Positions 9,497-18,812 of a DNA stretch of 64,000 nucleotides are shown here, one piece after another. Position numbers and translations under genes: made by a program. A model generated the notes under the pieces. The model saw nothing but the letters and a program-made list of their open reading frames with translations. It ran no database searches and was not told where the DNA came from. The first letter of the stretch is position 1. Every line of letters begins with the position of its first letter. Source of the DNA: Infirmifilum sp. (GTDB taxonomy: Archaea; Thermoproteota; Thermoprotei; Thermofilales; Thermofilaceae); contig JBEULP010000003.1 of assembly GCA_041287245.1 (NCBI GenBank), positions 1 through 64,000 on the forward strand, written 5' to 3'.

Positions 9497-11029
9497 ATGG
9501 GCTTCATTGAGATAAACACGATACGCAAGAGCGTTAAAAGGTCGACCCTTAGAGTGGGGATCCTCTACCCTAGCTACTATCTTGTCGCAGCAGACTCCAT
9601 CGCTTATCAAATGCTATACCACTATCTCAACCTTCAAGAGGACGTCTACGCAGAGCGCTTCGTGATGAGCCAGGAGGGCCACCCTGTTGTCAACAGCCTG
9701 GAAACTGGAACGCCGCTAAATCACTTCGACGTCGTCTTCATCTCAGTACACTACGAGCTCGACTTTGTCAACATCCTGCGATTCATGCTCAATGCGAAAA
9801 TCCCCCTAAGATCCGAGGAAAGGTTTAAGCCTATCTTCGTAGCAGGGGGACCCCCTGTAATATCAAACCCGGTTCCCCTGTCAGATTTCATAGATGTCTT
9901 AGCCGTGGGTGAGATAGAGTCCATCATACCTATTTTCCTAGAAAGACACATGGAGGAGGGCAATGACAAAAAGAGACTTCTCGACACACTTGACCCTCTT
10001 CAAGGATTCTTCGTCCCCTCGGTGAACAATGGAGAGCCCGTAAGGCTAACATTTCCTCTTAAACTTCCCAGAGAGTTTCACCCAGCTGCGCAGTTCCAGC
10101 CTCTCGAGTACCCAGGGTGGAGGCGGCGGACCTCCGTTGAAACTGCAAGGGGGTGCTATCGGGGTTGCCGGTTCTGCCTAGAGGGGCGCATCTTCAACGT
10201 TATGCGCGAAAGGCCCGTAGAGGATATCTTGAGCATCGCCCGGGAGGGGCGCGAGTATAACAAGTCGTCGCTTGTCAAGCTTGTAAGCCTCTCGTTCTTT
10301 GACCACAGCAACGCGAAGAGAATTCTTCAATCTCTGCTTGAAGAGGGATTTCGCTTCTCTACCCCTAGCTTCCGTGCCGAGACGCTAGATGAGGATGGAC
10401 TTGAGCTTGTAAGGAGAGGAGGACAGAGAACTCTCGTCGTGGCTCCTGAGACCGGCTCTAAAAGGATTGCTTTAAGCATCGGGAAGTATGTGAATATGGA
10501 TAGAGTACACGAGGTTGCCGCAGCCGCCAAGAAGCTGGGTTTCACGGGGCTGAAAATGTACTTTATGGTTGGCTTGCCCGGCGAAGCCGAGGAGGACGTT
10601 AAGGAATCCATAAACTATGTTTTACGAGTATCTCAGGCCTCAGGCTTCAGAGGTGAGCGGGCTTTGAAAGTCACGGTGAGCCCCTTTGTGCCTAAGCCTC
10701 ATACCGCTCTACAGGACGCTCCCTTCATAGGTTTGGAGGTAGCTAGAAGGCGGATCAAACTGCTACGTGAAGGGCTTGCAGGTGTTGCAGATGTGCGCGA
10801 GTATGATCCGAGGCTCGCTTTAATTCAGACGGTTATCGCGCGTGGGAATCGAGAGGTGGGAAGACTACTTCTAGAGTGGGCACAACTGGGGGGTGGGATT
10901 GGCTCCTTTAGGAAAGCCGTTTTAAACAGTGGCGTCACCGTGAAAAAGTATATCGGCCACCAGGAGCCCCCGCATCCCTGGGACTTTATCCAGCTAAATC
11001 CCAGAACTCTCTGGATTAAGAGTACGTAG
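9497..11029 (+). CDS. Radical SAM protein with N-terminal cobalamin-binding-like region
   Basis: ARGCYRGCRFC (CxxxCxxC), AGGP, APETGS, YFMVGLPGE, FVPKPHT. Confidence 0.9.
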   Translation: MGFIEINTIRKSVKRSTLRVGILYPSYYLVAADSIAYQMLYHYLNLQEDVYAERFVMSQEGHPVVNSLETGTPLNHFDVVFISVHYELDFVNILRFMLNAKIPLRSEERFKPIFVAGGPPVISNPVPLSDFIDVLAVGEIESIIPIFLERHMEEGNDKKRLLDTLDPLQGFFVPSVNNGEPVRLTFPLKLPREFHPAAQFQPLEYPGWRRRTSVETARGCYRGCRFCLEGRIFNVMRERPVEDILSIAREGREYNKSSLVKLVSLSFFDHSNAKRILQSLLEEGFRFSTPSFRAETLDEDGLELVRRGGQRTLVVAPETGSKRIALSIGKYVNMDRVHEVAAAAKKLGFTGLKMYFMVGLPGEAEEDVKESINYVLRVSQASGFRGERALKVTVSPFVPKPHTALQDAPFIGLEVARRRIKLLREGLAGVADVREYDPRLALIQTVIARGNREVGRLLLEWAQLGGGIGSFRKAVLNSGVTVKKYIGHQEPPHPWDFIQLNPRTLWIKST

Positions 11030-12178
11030 CACGTCATTCAAGCACTCTCTAAGCTTCGCAACAAACTCACTCTTCGTATAGATTCTCAAGGGTGAGATTT
11101 TGAATGATTTCACGAGATGAAGGAGGCTTTCCTGGGCTTCAGGCAGCTTGTAAAGAGCGTTGTCTTTCACAATGAGTAGATTGTCTGGGTCTTTTATAGG
11201 AACCAGCTTCGGGAGATAGGGCAATATCCACTCTTCTGGCACTCTGCAAGCGGCTGCTTCTCTAATATTATTAACAACCTCTTCTACAGTGTTGAGCGGT
11301 ATAAAAAGTTCGGCAACCATGACTGGAATTTCTCCGCGGAGAAAAGCCTTTGAGGCTTCTCCTAGCCAGTTTTCTCTCTTAGCTAATGTCTTCAGCGTCT
11401 CGATGAGAAAACAGTCGTCAAAACCGCACCAATCTCCGTTCTCTATTATTTCGAGGGGGGTAGGAATCAGGTTCTCCTGGAGCATGACGTTATAGATCTT
11501 AGATAAAAGTGCCTCTAGGCCTGTGACGTGCTTGTGGTGGTATACTCTCCTGAAGAGCTCAAGCCTCGTAAGGATTAGTGACTCCACCGCAACCTCTGCT
11601 CCAGTGGTGAAGGCAAGAACCCATCTTCTTTCATATCGTGCAAGCCTAGCATGCCTAATAACGCGTTCTAGGTCTACCCCTCTGTAAGGAAGGCCTAGAT
11701 GGTGCGAGTCCCGTAGTAAATAGTCCATTCTGTCCGCATCTACTTCTCCTGAAATTATAACGGAGAGCCTATCTTCTCGCATTAATATACGTGTGAGAGC
11801 TTCTAGATAGCCCGAAAGCTCGTTCTCGAAGTAATTCTTTAAAACACGGATGCCGAGAGTTTCGTGTTCACTTGACAGGGCATGAGAGAAGGGCAGATGT
11901 CCAATGTCGTGGAGAAGCCCCGCAAGGCGAACCAGCTGCCTCTCATCATCACTTTGATCCTCGACAGCTGCAGTGTAAAGCCTGTCAGCTATCCGTAGCG
12001 TTCCTATAGAGTGAGCAAACCTCGTGTGCGTCGCCGACGCGTAGACAATATATGCAGGGCCAAGTTGGTGAACACGGTGAAGTCGGGAGAATGCACAGTT
12101 TTGAATGATTTTTGCCTCTAATTCCGTCAGGTCTATGAATCCGTGGATCTCATCGAAGATTTCCCGCACGAATCTCAT
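10994..12178 (-). CDS. HD-domain phosphohydrolase (SAMHD1/dNTPase-like)
   Basis: RL..VHQLG, HTRFAHSIG, LLHDIGHLPFSH, DADRMDYL.RD, VYHHK; start set to Met 12178 because the longer ORF runs into tRNA-Cys. Confidence 0.9.
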   Translation of the reverse strand: MRFVREIFDEIHGFIDLTELEAKIIQNCAFSRLHRVHQLGPAYIVYASATHTRFAHSIGTLRIADRLYTAAVEDQSDDERQLVRLAGLLHDIGHLPFSHALSSEHETLGIRVLKNYFENELSGYLEALTRILMREDRLSVIISGEVDADRMDYLLRDSHHLGLPYRGVDLERVIRHARLARYERRWVLAFTTGAEVAVESLILTRLELFRRVYHHKHVTGLEALLSKIYNVMLQENLIPTPLEIIENGDWCGFDDCFLIETLKTLAKRENWLGEASKAFLRGEIPVMVAELFIPLNTVEEVVNNIREAAACRVPEEWILPYLPKLVPIKDPDNLLIVKDNALYKLPEAQESLLHLVKSFKISPLRIYTKSEFVAKLRECLNDVLRTLNPESSGI

Positions 12179-12279
12179 TATCCCCTTAAGACGCACGTCT
12201 GTTAAATATAGCTTCTCGCATAGAAGATACGTGAAGGAGACAATGTTTTTATAGTCATCGTGTATTTTTCTAGTAGGAA

Positions 12280-12390
12280 GCCGGGGTGGCCGAGAGGTCA
12301 AGTGGCTTGGAAGCCTGGCACGCGTCGGGCTGCAGTGGTACCTAGCCGGTGATACCCGATTATTCCCGGGTTCAAGTCCCGGCCCCGGCT
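12280..12390 (+). tRNA. tRNA-Cys(GCA) with two introns (D-arm 12303-12321; anticodon loop 12336-12353)
   Basis: GCCGGGG/CCCCGGC plus U73; removing both segments gives TCGGG-CT-GCA-GA-CCCGA; first intron has BHB GTCA/TGGC. Confidence 0.9.
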
Positions 12391-12576
12391 CTACCTTGGA
12401 GGGTTATGGATGAACGTTGTTTACCCTAAGGCCAGTGTTCTCTACGGCTATTATAACTCTGGTATTTTGTATTAAAACAGTGGTTTATTCAAATATATTA
12501 TTGTTTTTGTTGAATAAAACGATGGTTTGTTTAAGTATAACGAAAACTTTTTAGACTTGTTGTATGTTTTTAAGGA

Positions 12577-12684
12577 GGAAGCTGCACGCGTATTCCACCA
12601 GCAGAGAGCACCTCGAGCTTAAGACGGTGTACCGTCTCCAGCCGTGAAAGGGTGTGTTAACTGGTGGGTACAGCGTGCAGTTTT
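12577..12684 (+). ncRNA. Candidate H/ACA-type guide RNA inside a long hairpin
   Basis: CCACCAG/CTGGTGG lower stem, pocket CAGAGA/GTTAA, GCACC/GGTGT upper stem, kink-turn (TCGA / CGT-GA), ACA at 12670-12672, 14 nt from the upper stem. Confidence 0.65.
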
Positions 12685-12722
12685 ACGCTAATCAATCATA
12701 ATAGGTAGAAAGGTGGGTTTAC

Positions 12723-14009
12723 ATGGGAGGTTTACCTGTCGCAGCAAAGTACGTGATAAAGGCTAGAATAACTGTTTCGGGAGTTGTGGACAAGCATGAC
12801 ATAGTTGGTGCTATTTTCGGTCAAAGTGAGGGTATTCTTGGGCGTGAGCTGGATCTTAGAGAGCTCCAGAAGATTGGACGCGTGGGTAGAATAGAGGTTA
12901 CTACGCACGAGCATGACGGTAAGCTCATAGCTGAGGTTGAGATTCCCTCCAATCTAGACATGGCTGAAACTGCTATAATTGCTGCTACTATTGAGACGAT
13001 CGACAAGGTTGGTCCTTATAACGCGTCTGCTGAGATCTTGTCGATTGAGGATGTTAGAGCTGAGAAACGTAGAAAAATCATCGAGAGAGCTGTGGAGCTT
13101 TACAAGAAGCTTGCCCAGACTGTTCCGGAGTCAAAGGAGCTCGTCGAGGAAGTGTTGGAGAAGGTAAGGACAGCAGAGCTGACTGAATGGGGTGAGGAAA
13201 AGCTCCCCGCTGGTCCAGACGTTGAGACGTCAGATAGTCTGATTCTTGTTGAGGGACGTGCAGATGTTCTAAACCTTTTAAAACATGGCTATAGGAATGT
13301 CATTGCAATAGGCGGAGCCACGATCCCGAGAAGCCTTAAGGAGCTCTGCAAGAACAAGAAAGAGGTTGTTTTATTCGTGGACGGCGATAGAGGGGGTGAG
13401 CTGATAGCTAGGAACATTCTTAACGTCATCGATGTCGACTATATTGCTAGAGCACCGCCAGGAAGAGAAGTTGAGGAGCTGACCGGTAAGGAAATCGGGA
13501 AGGCTCTCCAAAACAAGGTTCCCGCTGATGCTTTTCTAGAGTCTCTCGAAAAGGAGAGAAAACCACAGAAAGAAGTGAAAGCTGAGGTTGTGATACCGCC
13601 GTCTAAGCTTATTAAATCTTCAAAGAATAATCCGTCTGTGACTCAAGAGGTAGCCGTACCGTCCGAGGTCATAGAAGTGATCGAGCAGTTTAAGGGTACA
13701 CTGGAGGCGGTTATATATGATGAGGAGTGGAGAGAGGTAGCTCGCGTACCTGTTAAAGAGCTTGTCGACAGGTTAAAGGAGCTTGACGGGGCCAAGCACA
13801 TTATTCTCGACGGAATAATAACCCAGAGGCTTGTTGACACTGCTTTCTCGAAGGGTATTAAGACTCTTATAGGGGTGAGAGTGGGGGAGATAATTAGGAA
13901 GCCTGAGGATCTTATTATAACGACTTTTCAAAACGTGAAGCCCCTTGAGAAGCCGCCGACGGAACAACCGCAGGAGCAGCAGCCTTCACAGGAGCAGCCG
14001 GTCACATAG
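12723..14009 (+). CDS. dnaG: Archaeal DnaG (exosome-associated TOPRIM protein)
   Basis: DIVGAIFGQSEG, ILVEGRADV, FVDGDRGG, LDGIITQRLVD. Confidence 0.96.
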   Translation: MGGLPVAAKYVIKARITVSGVVDKHDIVGAIFGQSEGILGRELDLRELQKIGRVGRIEVTTHEHDGKLIAEVEIPSNLDMAETAIIAATIETIDKVGPYNASAEILSIEDVRAEKRRKIIERAVELYKKLAQTVPESKELVEEVLEKVRTAELTEWGEEKLPAGPDVETSDSLILVEGRADVLNLLKHGYRNVIAIGGATIPRSLKELCKNKKEVVLFVDGDRGGELIARNILNVIDVDYIARAPPGREVEELTGKEIGKALQNKVPADAFLESLEKERKPQKEVKAEVVIPPSKLIKSSKNNPSVTQEVAVPSEVIEVIEQFKGTLEAVIYDEEWREVARVPVKELVDRLKELDGAKHIILDGIITQRLVDTAFSKGIKTLIGVRVGEIIRKPEDLIITTFQNVKPLEKPPTEQPQEQQPSQEQPVT

Positions 14010-14177
14010 GATTAAAAGGCTCCTTGGAGGTGCATATCATCACGAAGTCAGCCCAGGTCAATCTAGTCATTGCCAGTAGGTATTCGCGCGTTGAATATTA
14101 ACCTTTACCGTTGCGCGCGGGTTCTGGGCTATGCGCGCGAAAATAATATATTGGTTTGAGTGTTATCTGGCGCTTAG

Positions 14178-14366
14178 GTGGTTGGAGTGCCTAGAATGCT
14201 TTACTGCTCGTTTTGCAAGAAGCCTATCAAGCCTGGAGAAGGATTAATGTATGTGCGGCTCGACGGCACGATTGAACGGTACTGCTCGACTAAGTGTTAC
14301 AAAAGTGCTTTGAAGCTACACAGAAACCCGAGAAGGACAAAGTGGGTTGTTAAACAACAGGCTTAG
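14178..14366 (+). CDS. rpl24e: Ribosomal protein eL24
   Basis: CSFC..I.PGEG.MYV..DG..YCSTKC..RNPR..KW. Confidence 0.95.
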   Translation: MVGVPRMLYCSFCKKPIKPGEGLMYVRLDGTIERYCSTKCYKSALKLHRNPRRTKWVVKQQA

Positions 14367-14425
14367 GTTCCTAGGTTGACACAACCTATATTTTGTCCCC
14401 GTGAATTTCTGTCTTGTGGTGTTTT

Positions 14426-16225
14426 ATGGAGCAGCGAGAAACCTATATACGTGCTCCTATTGTCGTAGTTTTGGGACATGTCGACGCTGGCAAGACCACC
14501 TTGCTAGACAAGATTCGAGGCACAGCGGTTGCGAAACGCGAGCCTGGCACTATGACGCAGCATATAGGTGCATCGTTTCTACCATGGAAGGTTTTAGAGG
14601 AAATTTCGGGGCCTCTGTTAAACCAGCTTAAGGCAGAGATAAAGATACCAGGCTTCCTTATGATCGACACGCCTGGTCATGAGTCTTTCTCGAATCTGAG
14701 GAGGAGAGGAGGCAGTATCGCCGACATAGCGATTCTCGTAGTCGACGTTCAGAGAGGATTAGAGCAGCAAACCTTTGAAGCTATAGAGATACTTAAGAAC
14801 AAGAAGGTTCCCTTTGTTGTGGCAGTTAACAAGGTAGATAGGATCCCGGGTTGGAGACCCCAACCGAACAGACCTTTTGTTGAATCTATAAAGATGCAGG
14901 ATGACGCGGTTGTCTTAAAGTTGGAGGAGCTTCTCTCATATATTATTGAACAGTTCAGGTCGCTGGGGTTTCGGGCAGACCGCTACGACCGTATAAAGGA
15001 CTTTACCAAGATTGTTGCGTTGATACCAGTTAGCGCTTTAACGGGTGAGGGTTTACCCGACCTTCTCCTGGTTCTCGCTGGGCTTTCACAGCGCTTCCTG
15101 ATAAAGAGGTTGGTTGCGCGGAAGGCGCCGGCACGGGGAGTTGTCCTTGAATTAAAAGAGGAGGTGGGTCTTGGGACGACGGCAACCGTGATCATCTATG
15201 ACGGTGTTTTAAAGAAGGGCGACCTTGTCACGGTCGGAGGACTTGAAAAGCCACTTGTTACACGAGTGAAGCTTCTACTCATGCCTAAGCCTCTCGACGA
15301 GATGCGTTCACCCGAAGACCGTTTTTTGGAGGTAGACGAAATATCTGCGGCTGCAGGGGTTAAGGTTGTTGCTGAGGGGCTCGAAAAAAGCGTGCCGGGC
15401 GCACCATTCCTCGTAGTGCCCAGTGAAAGTTACCTCGAGAAAATATTGAGCGAGGTTCAAGAGGAGGTTCAAGCCACACGCTTCCAGAGTGATATCGCAG
15501 GGGTTGTACTTAAGGCGGATACGCTTGGAACACTAGAGGCGCTTGTAGGGTACTTAAGGCAAAACAATGTGCCTATAAGGTTGGCTGATGTGGGGCCGGT
15601 TGTACGCAGGGATGTTGTAGAGGCAAGCTTCGTCAAAAATCTGGATCCAAAATATGCGGTCATCCTAGCTTTTAACGTTAAAATAACACCGGATGCTAGA
15701 GATGAAGCGGCTCAGAAAGGCATACCGATTTTTACCGAGAAGATAATCTACAGGCTTGTCGACAACTTTATGCAATGGTTCGAAGAACAGAAAGCGCTGG
15801 AGAGACGAAAAATATTTGAAAAACTCACTCCTCCAGCAGTCGTTCAGATACTTCCAGGGTATGTATTTAGGAGAAGAGACCCTATCATAGTTGGGGTGCG
15901 CGTGATAACCGGCAGGATACGCCCAGGGATAAAGCTTATCACGGGAGACGGGAGAGAAATCGGCGACGTCATGCAGATACGGGAACATGATAATGTGCTG
16001 GAACAGGCGGAAGAGGGGGCAGAGGTTGCAATATCGATTAGAAGCAAAGCAATGGTCGGGCGGCAGGTTAACGAAGGCGACTATCTCTACTCCGATGTTC
16101 CTTTAGAAGAGGTCAATCTCCTTCTTGAGAAATATGCTAATGAGCTGAAAGATAACGAGAAAGAATATCTTCGAAAACTCCTAAAATTTAAGCTTAAACT
16201 TTCAAGCAGCATAGAGTTTCCCTGA
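14426..16225 (+). CDS. infB: Translation initiation factor aIF-5B (IF-2)
   Basis: RAPIVVVLGHVDAGKT, TQHIGA, DTPGHESF, NKVD, KADTLGTLEAL; start at MEQ. Confidence 0.97.
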   Translation: MEQRETYIRAPIVVVLGHVDAGKTTLLDKIRGTAVAKREPGTMTQHIGASFLPWKVLEEISGPLLNQLKAEIKIPGFLMIDTPGHESFSNLRRRGGSIADIAILVVDVQRGLEQQTFEAIEILKNKKVPFVVAVNKVDRIPGWRPQPNRPFVESIKMQDDAVVLKLEELLSYIIEQFRSLGFRADRYDRIKDFTKIVALIPVSALTGEGLPDLLLVLAGLSQRFLIKRLVARKAPARGVVLELKEEVGLGTTATVIIYDGVLKKGDLVTVGGLEKPLVTRVKLLLMPKPLDEMRSPEDRFLEVDEISAAAGVKVVAEGLEKSVPGAPFLVVPSESYLEKILSEVQEEVQATRFQSDIAGVVLKADTLGTLEALVGYLRQNNVPIRLADVGPVVRRDVVEASFVKNLDPKYAVILAFNVKITPDARDEAAQKGIPIFTEKIIYRLVDNFMQWFEEQKALERRKIFEKLTPPAVVQILPGYVFRRRDPIIVGVRVITGRIRPGIKLITGDGREIGDVMQIREHDNVLEQAEEGAEVAISIRSKAMVGRQVNEGDYLYSDVPLEEVNLLLEKYANELKDNEKEYLRKLLKFKLKLSSSIEFP

Positions 16226-16265
16226 GCATTAAAAAATATAGGTGATGGGTAAATTTGGAGAAAAG

Positions 16266-16313
16266 ATGATGAAAATTCGCCTTCGGAAAGATGAAGAACA
16301 GGAGTACCTCTGA
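16266..16313 (+). ncRNA. Box C/D guide sRNA
   Basis: ATGATGA-aaattcgcctt-CGGA-aag-ATGAAGA-acaggagtacct-CTGA. Confidence 0.85.
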
Positions 16314-16413
16314 AATTCCTGATGCGTTTAATTTCAGGTGGGGCTTTCTCGTAAAAACGCATACGCATTGCCGCGGCTAGAATATTTATAGCCCCTATAC
16401 ACTTAAGGATTGA

Positions 16414-16466
16414 ATGACGACTTTGCCGAGTCCTGAGTAATCGATGATGAGGCATTCATGCTCTGA
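16414..16466 (+). ncRNA. Box C/D guide sRNA
   Basis: ATGACGA-ctttgccgagtc-CTGA-gtaatcg-ATGATGA-ggcattcatgct-CTGA; TTTATA about 25 nt upstream. Confidence 0.9.
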
Positions 16467-16557
16467 CCTAGTTTTTAGAAACATGAAAAGGTAACCTCGA
16501 GAGGAGACGAGCTCGCCAGGGCTCGTAAAAAACTAGGCAAAACATAGGGAAAGCACT

Positions 16558-18780
16558 CTAAAAATAAACGTCAAGCCCTTGCTCTGCGGCCTCAGGGATA
16601 GGCTGATCTATCTCTGTTTTCTCGTACACCTCTTCTTCGGTGCCCAGCTGTTTCTTTATGGATTTAGCCAGTGTTCGCCCGATCCCAGGAACCTTAGCTA
16701 GGTCCTCTTCGGAAGCCATGACTAGGTCTATGAGGGACTTGTAACCGTTATTGTAGAGGTTGCGTGCTCTGACCCTACCGATTCCCTTCAACGACACGAG
16801 CTCTAAGAGCTCCTCTTTAACTCCATGTTCTATTCTTTTGCTTAGGACGGCTAGTTTGACAGAATGTTCTGTAAATCCTGTAAGCTTGGCTATCTCGGAC
16901 AAGGCAAAGGCAACCCATTCGGCCGTTTGGGTTAGGGAATAAATGTCTCCTGGGCCTACATCGTACCTATCTACTATAAAGTCCTCGGGAACCTCGTTGA
17001 TCCAGTCTTCTAGAAGTAGGGCTGTCTTCAGATATTGGAGGAAAAACTCATATTCTATCTCATCTGATGGTGGTTTAAAAGCCAGCTCGGATTTCAGCTC
17101 CTCAAGTTTTTCTTCAAGCCATTCTTCATCTCCCCTCCTGAGATGTATCGTTGTGGCGTCAGGTGTGGAAGAAATCAAGTAGAGGTATGAAGTAGTTGAC
17201 GCGGAGCTAACTCTGTTGAAAAAGTCTAAGCCGGTTATTGCTGTCTCTGGGTCTATGTATAGCTCAGTCACTCTAACACCAAGCTGCGTCGCTCTTAGTT
17301 TTTCATCTATTACCTCTACAAACCCCGCGCTTGCAAGACGTTTGAGAACGTGTTTCGCACGCTCAACCACGAAGTAGTAATCCCTGTTTTGGAAAGAATA
17401 GAAGGTACTAGTAAGAAATTTCTCGAGAGAAGAAAAACTGTTTATCCCCTCAGAGGTCGCTATTACTGAGAGTATATGAGATCGGAGCACCGGCTCTGAC
17501 GCCAGCTGAGAGCTAAGCTTTTCCGGCTCGGCGTTTATATATTCTTTAAAGAGAAACTCGAGCTCCTGTAGTGAGCGGGCTACGAGCACCGCTTCCCCCA
17601 TCTTGTCGTAGCGCGGTCTTCCAGCTCTACCCGCCATTTGCTTGTACTCCATGACAGGTATCTTCTCATAATATCCCATTTCCACGTTAAACCGCCTGTA
17701 GTCTGTAATAACCACTCTCCTCGCCGGCAGGTTGACCCCTGCAGCTAAAGTTGGGGTTGCAACTATGACCTTCAGAACCCTCTCGCGAAAAAGCTTCTCG
17801 ATAGCTGCTCTCGCCTCAGAGCCGAGCCCAGCGTGGTGAAAGGCAACTCCTCTTGAAAGCAGGTCTAAAAGCTGTAGTGTAACCTTGTCACTATAGGAGG
17901 ATTTGAGTTTCCTTACATACTCTCTAATAACCCTCTGCTCATTAGGCGTTAAGAACTTGCTGGTAACCGCTGATAGTTTCTTAGAGTCGCTCACGCTTAA
18001 CCTTCGAGTAGGGCTGAAGATGAGAACCTGGCCGTCGTCTTTGAGAACATCATATACCAGGTCGAAGAGCGGGTTCCCGTGGTTCTCCAAAGGCTCGGAA
18101 CTTCCATCGTTATAGAAGATCTCGCCGTCATAGTATACCCCCTCGCGAAGCGGCACTGGTCTCCAGTTTACTCTAACAGGCTTCGCACCTAACCATTCGG
18201 CAAGTTCCTCTAAGTTTCCAATTGTCGCGCTGAGCCCTAGCAGTTGGGGCTTCTTAGACGTGAGTTTTGTCCTAGTTAGAAGAACTTCCAGCGTCGCGCC
18301 TCTTTTATCAGACCCGATGAGGTGGATCTCGTCAGCAACTATAAGCGAAATCTTATCAAACCAGGGTGCCTTGTGACGTAGCAAACTGTCCGCCTTCTCG
18401 TTAGTCGTGACTATAACGTCGTATCTTCCGAGCCACGAGTCATCACTGTCAAAATCTCCTGTGCTTATAGCGGTTCTATACCCGAATAGTCCGAAAAACT
18501 CTCTGAACTCCTCGTACTTCTCGGAGGCGAGAGCTCTAAGCGGTGCCATGTAGAGCACCTTGCCGCCATCCATTATGGTCTTTAACATTGCAAGCTCGGC
18601 GACGAGGGTTTTACCCGAGGCGGTCGGCGCGGCTAGAACGACGTCTTCACCCTCGAGCACGCCATTCTTTATTGCTTCAATTTGAGTGGGGTAGAGCTGT
18701 GTTATCCCGATCTTATTCTTTAGACTCTCGACAACACTCGCGGGAAAGTAATTCAATAGCACGTCGACGGCGCGTTGCAT
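16558..18780 (-). CDS. hel308: Hel308/Hjm Ski2-like DNA helicase
   Basis: APTASGKT, DEIH, LSAT, AFHHAGL, QMAGRAGRP, C-terminal HhH; start at MQRA. Confidence 0.95.
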   Translation of the reverse strand: MQRAVDVLLNYFPASVVESLKNKIGITQLYPTQIEAIKNGVLEGEDVVLAAPTASGKTLVAELAMLKTIMDGGKVLYMAPLRALASEKYEEFREFFGLFGYRTAISTGDFDSDDSWLGRYDVIVTTNEKADSLLRHKAPWFDKISLIVADEIHLIGSDKRGATLEVLLTRTKLTSKKPQLLGLSATIGNLEELAEWLGAKPVRVNWRPVPLREGVYYDGEIFYNDGSSEPLENHGNPLFDLVYDVLKDDGQVLIFSPTRRLSVSDSKKLSAVTSKFLTPNEQRVIREYVRKLKSSYSDKVTLQLLDLLSRGVAFHHAGLGSEARAAIEKLFRERVLKVIVATPTLAAGVNLPARRVVITDYRRFNVEMGYYEKIPVMEYKQMAGRAGRPRYDKMGEAVLVARSLQELEFLFKEYINAEPEKLSSQLASEPVLRSHILSVIATSEGINSFSSLEKFLTSTFYSFQNRDYYFVVERAKHVLKRLASAGFVEVIDEKLRATQLGVRVTELYIDPETAITGLDFFNRVSSASTTSYLYLISSTPDATTIHLRRGDEEWLEEKLEELKSELAFKPPSDEIEYEFFLQYLKTALLLEDWINEVPEDFIVDRYDVGPGDIYSLTQTAEWVAFALSEIAKLTGFTEHSVKLAVLSKRIEHGVKEELLELVSLKGIGRVRARNLYNNGYKSLIDLVMASEEDLAKVPGIGRTLAKSIKKQLGTEEEVYEKTEIDQPIPEAAEQGLDVYF

Positions 18781-18812
18781 TAGGATTTCACACTCTAAGA
18801 AAAAGAGGATGG

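Noticed and set aside
13955..14000. CAGGAGCAGC repeats at the end of dnaG
   Set aside because: Low-complexity Q/E/P protein tail, not a DNA element
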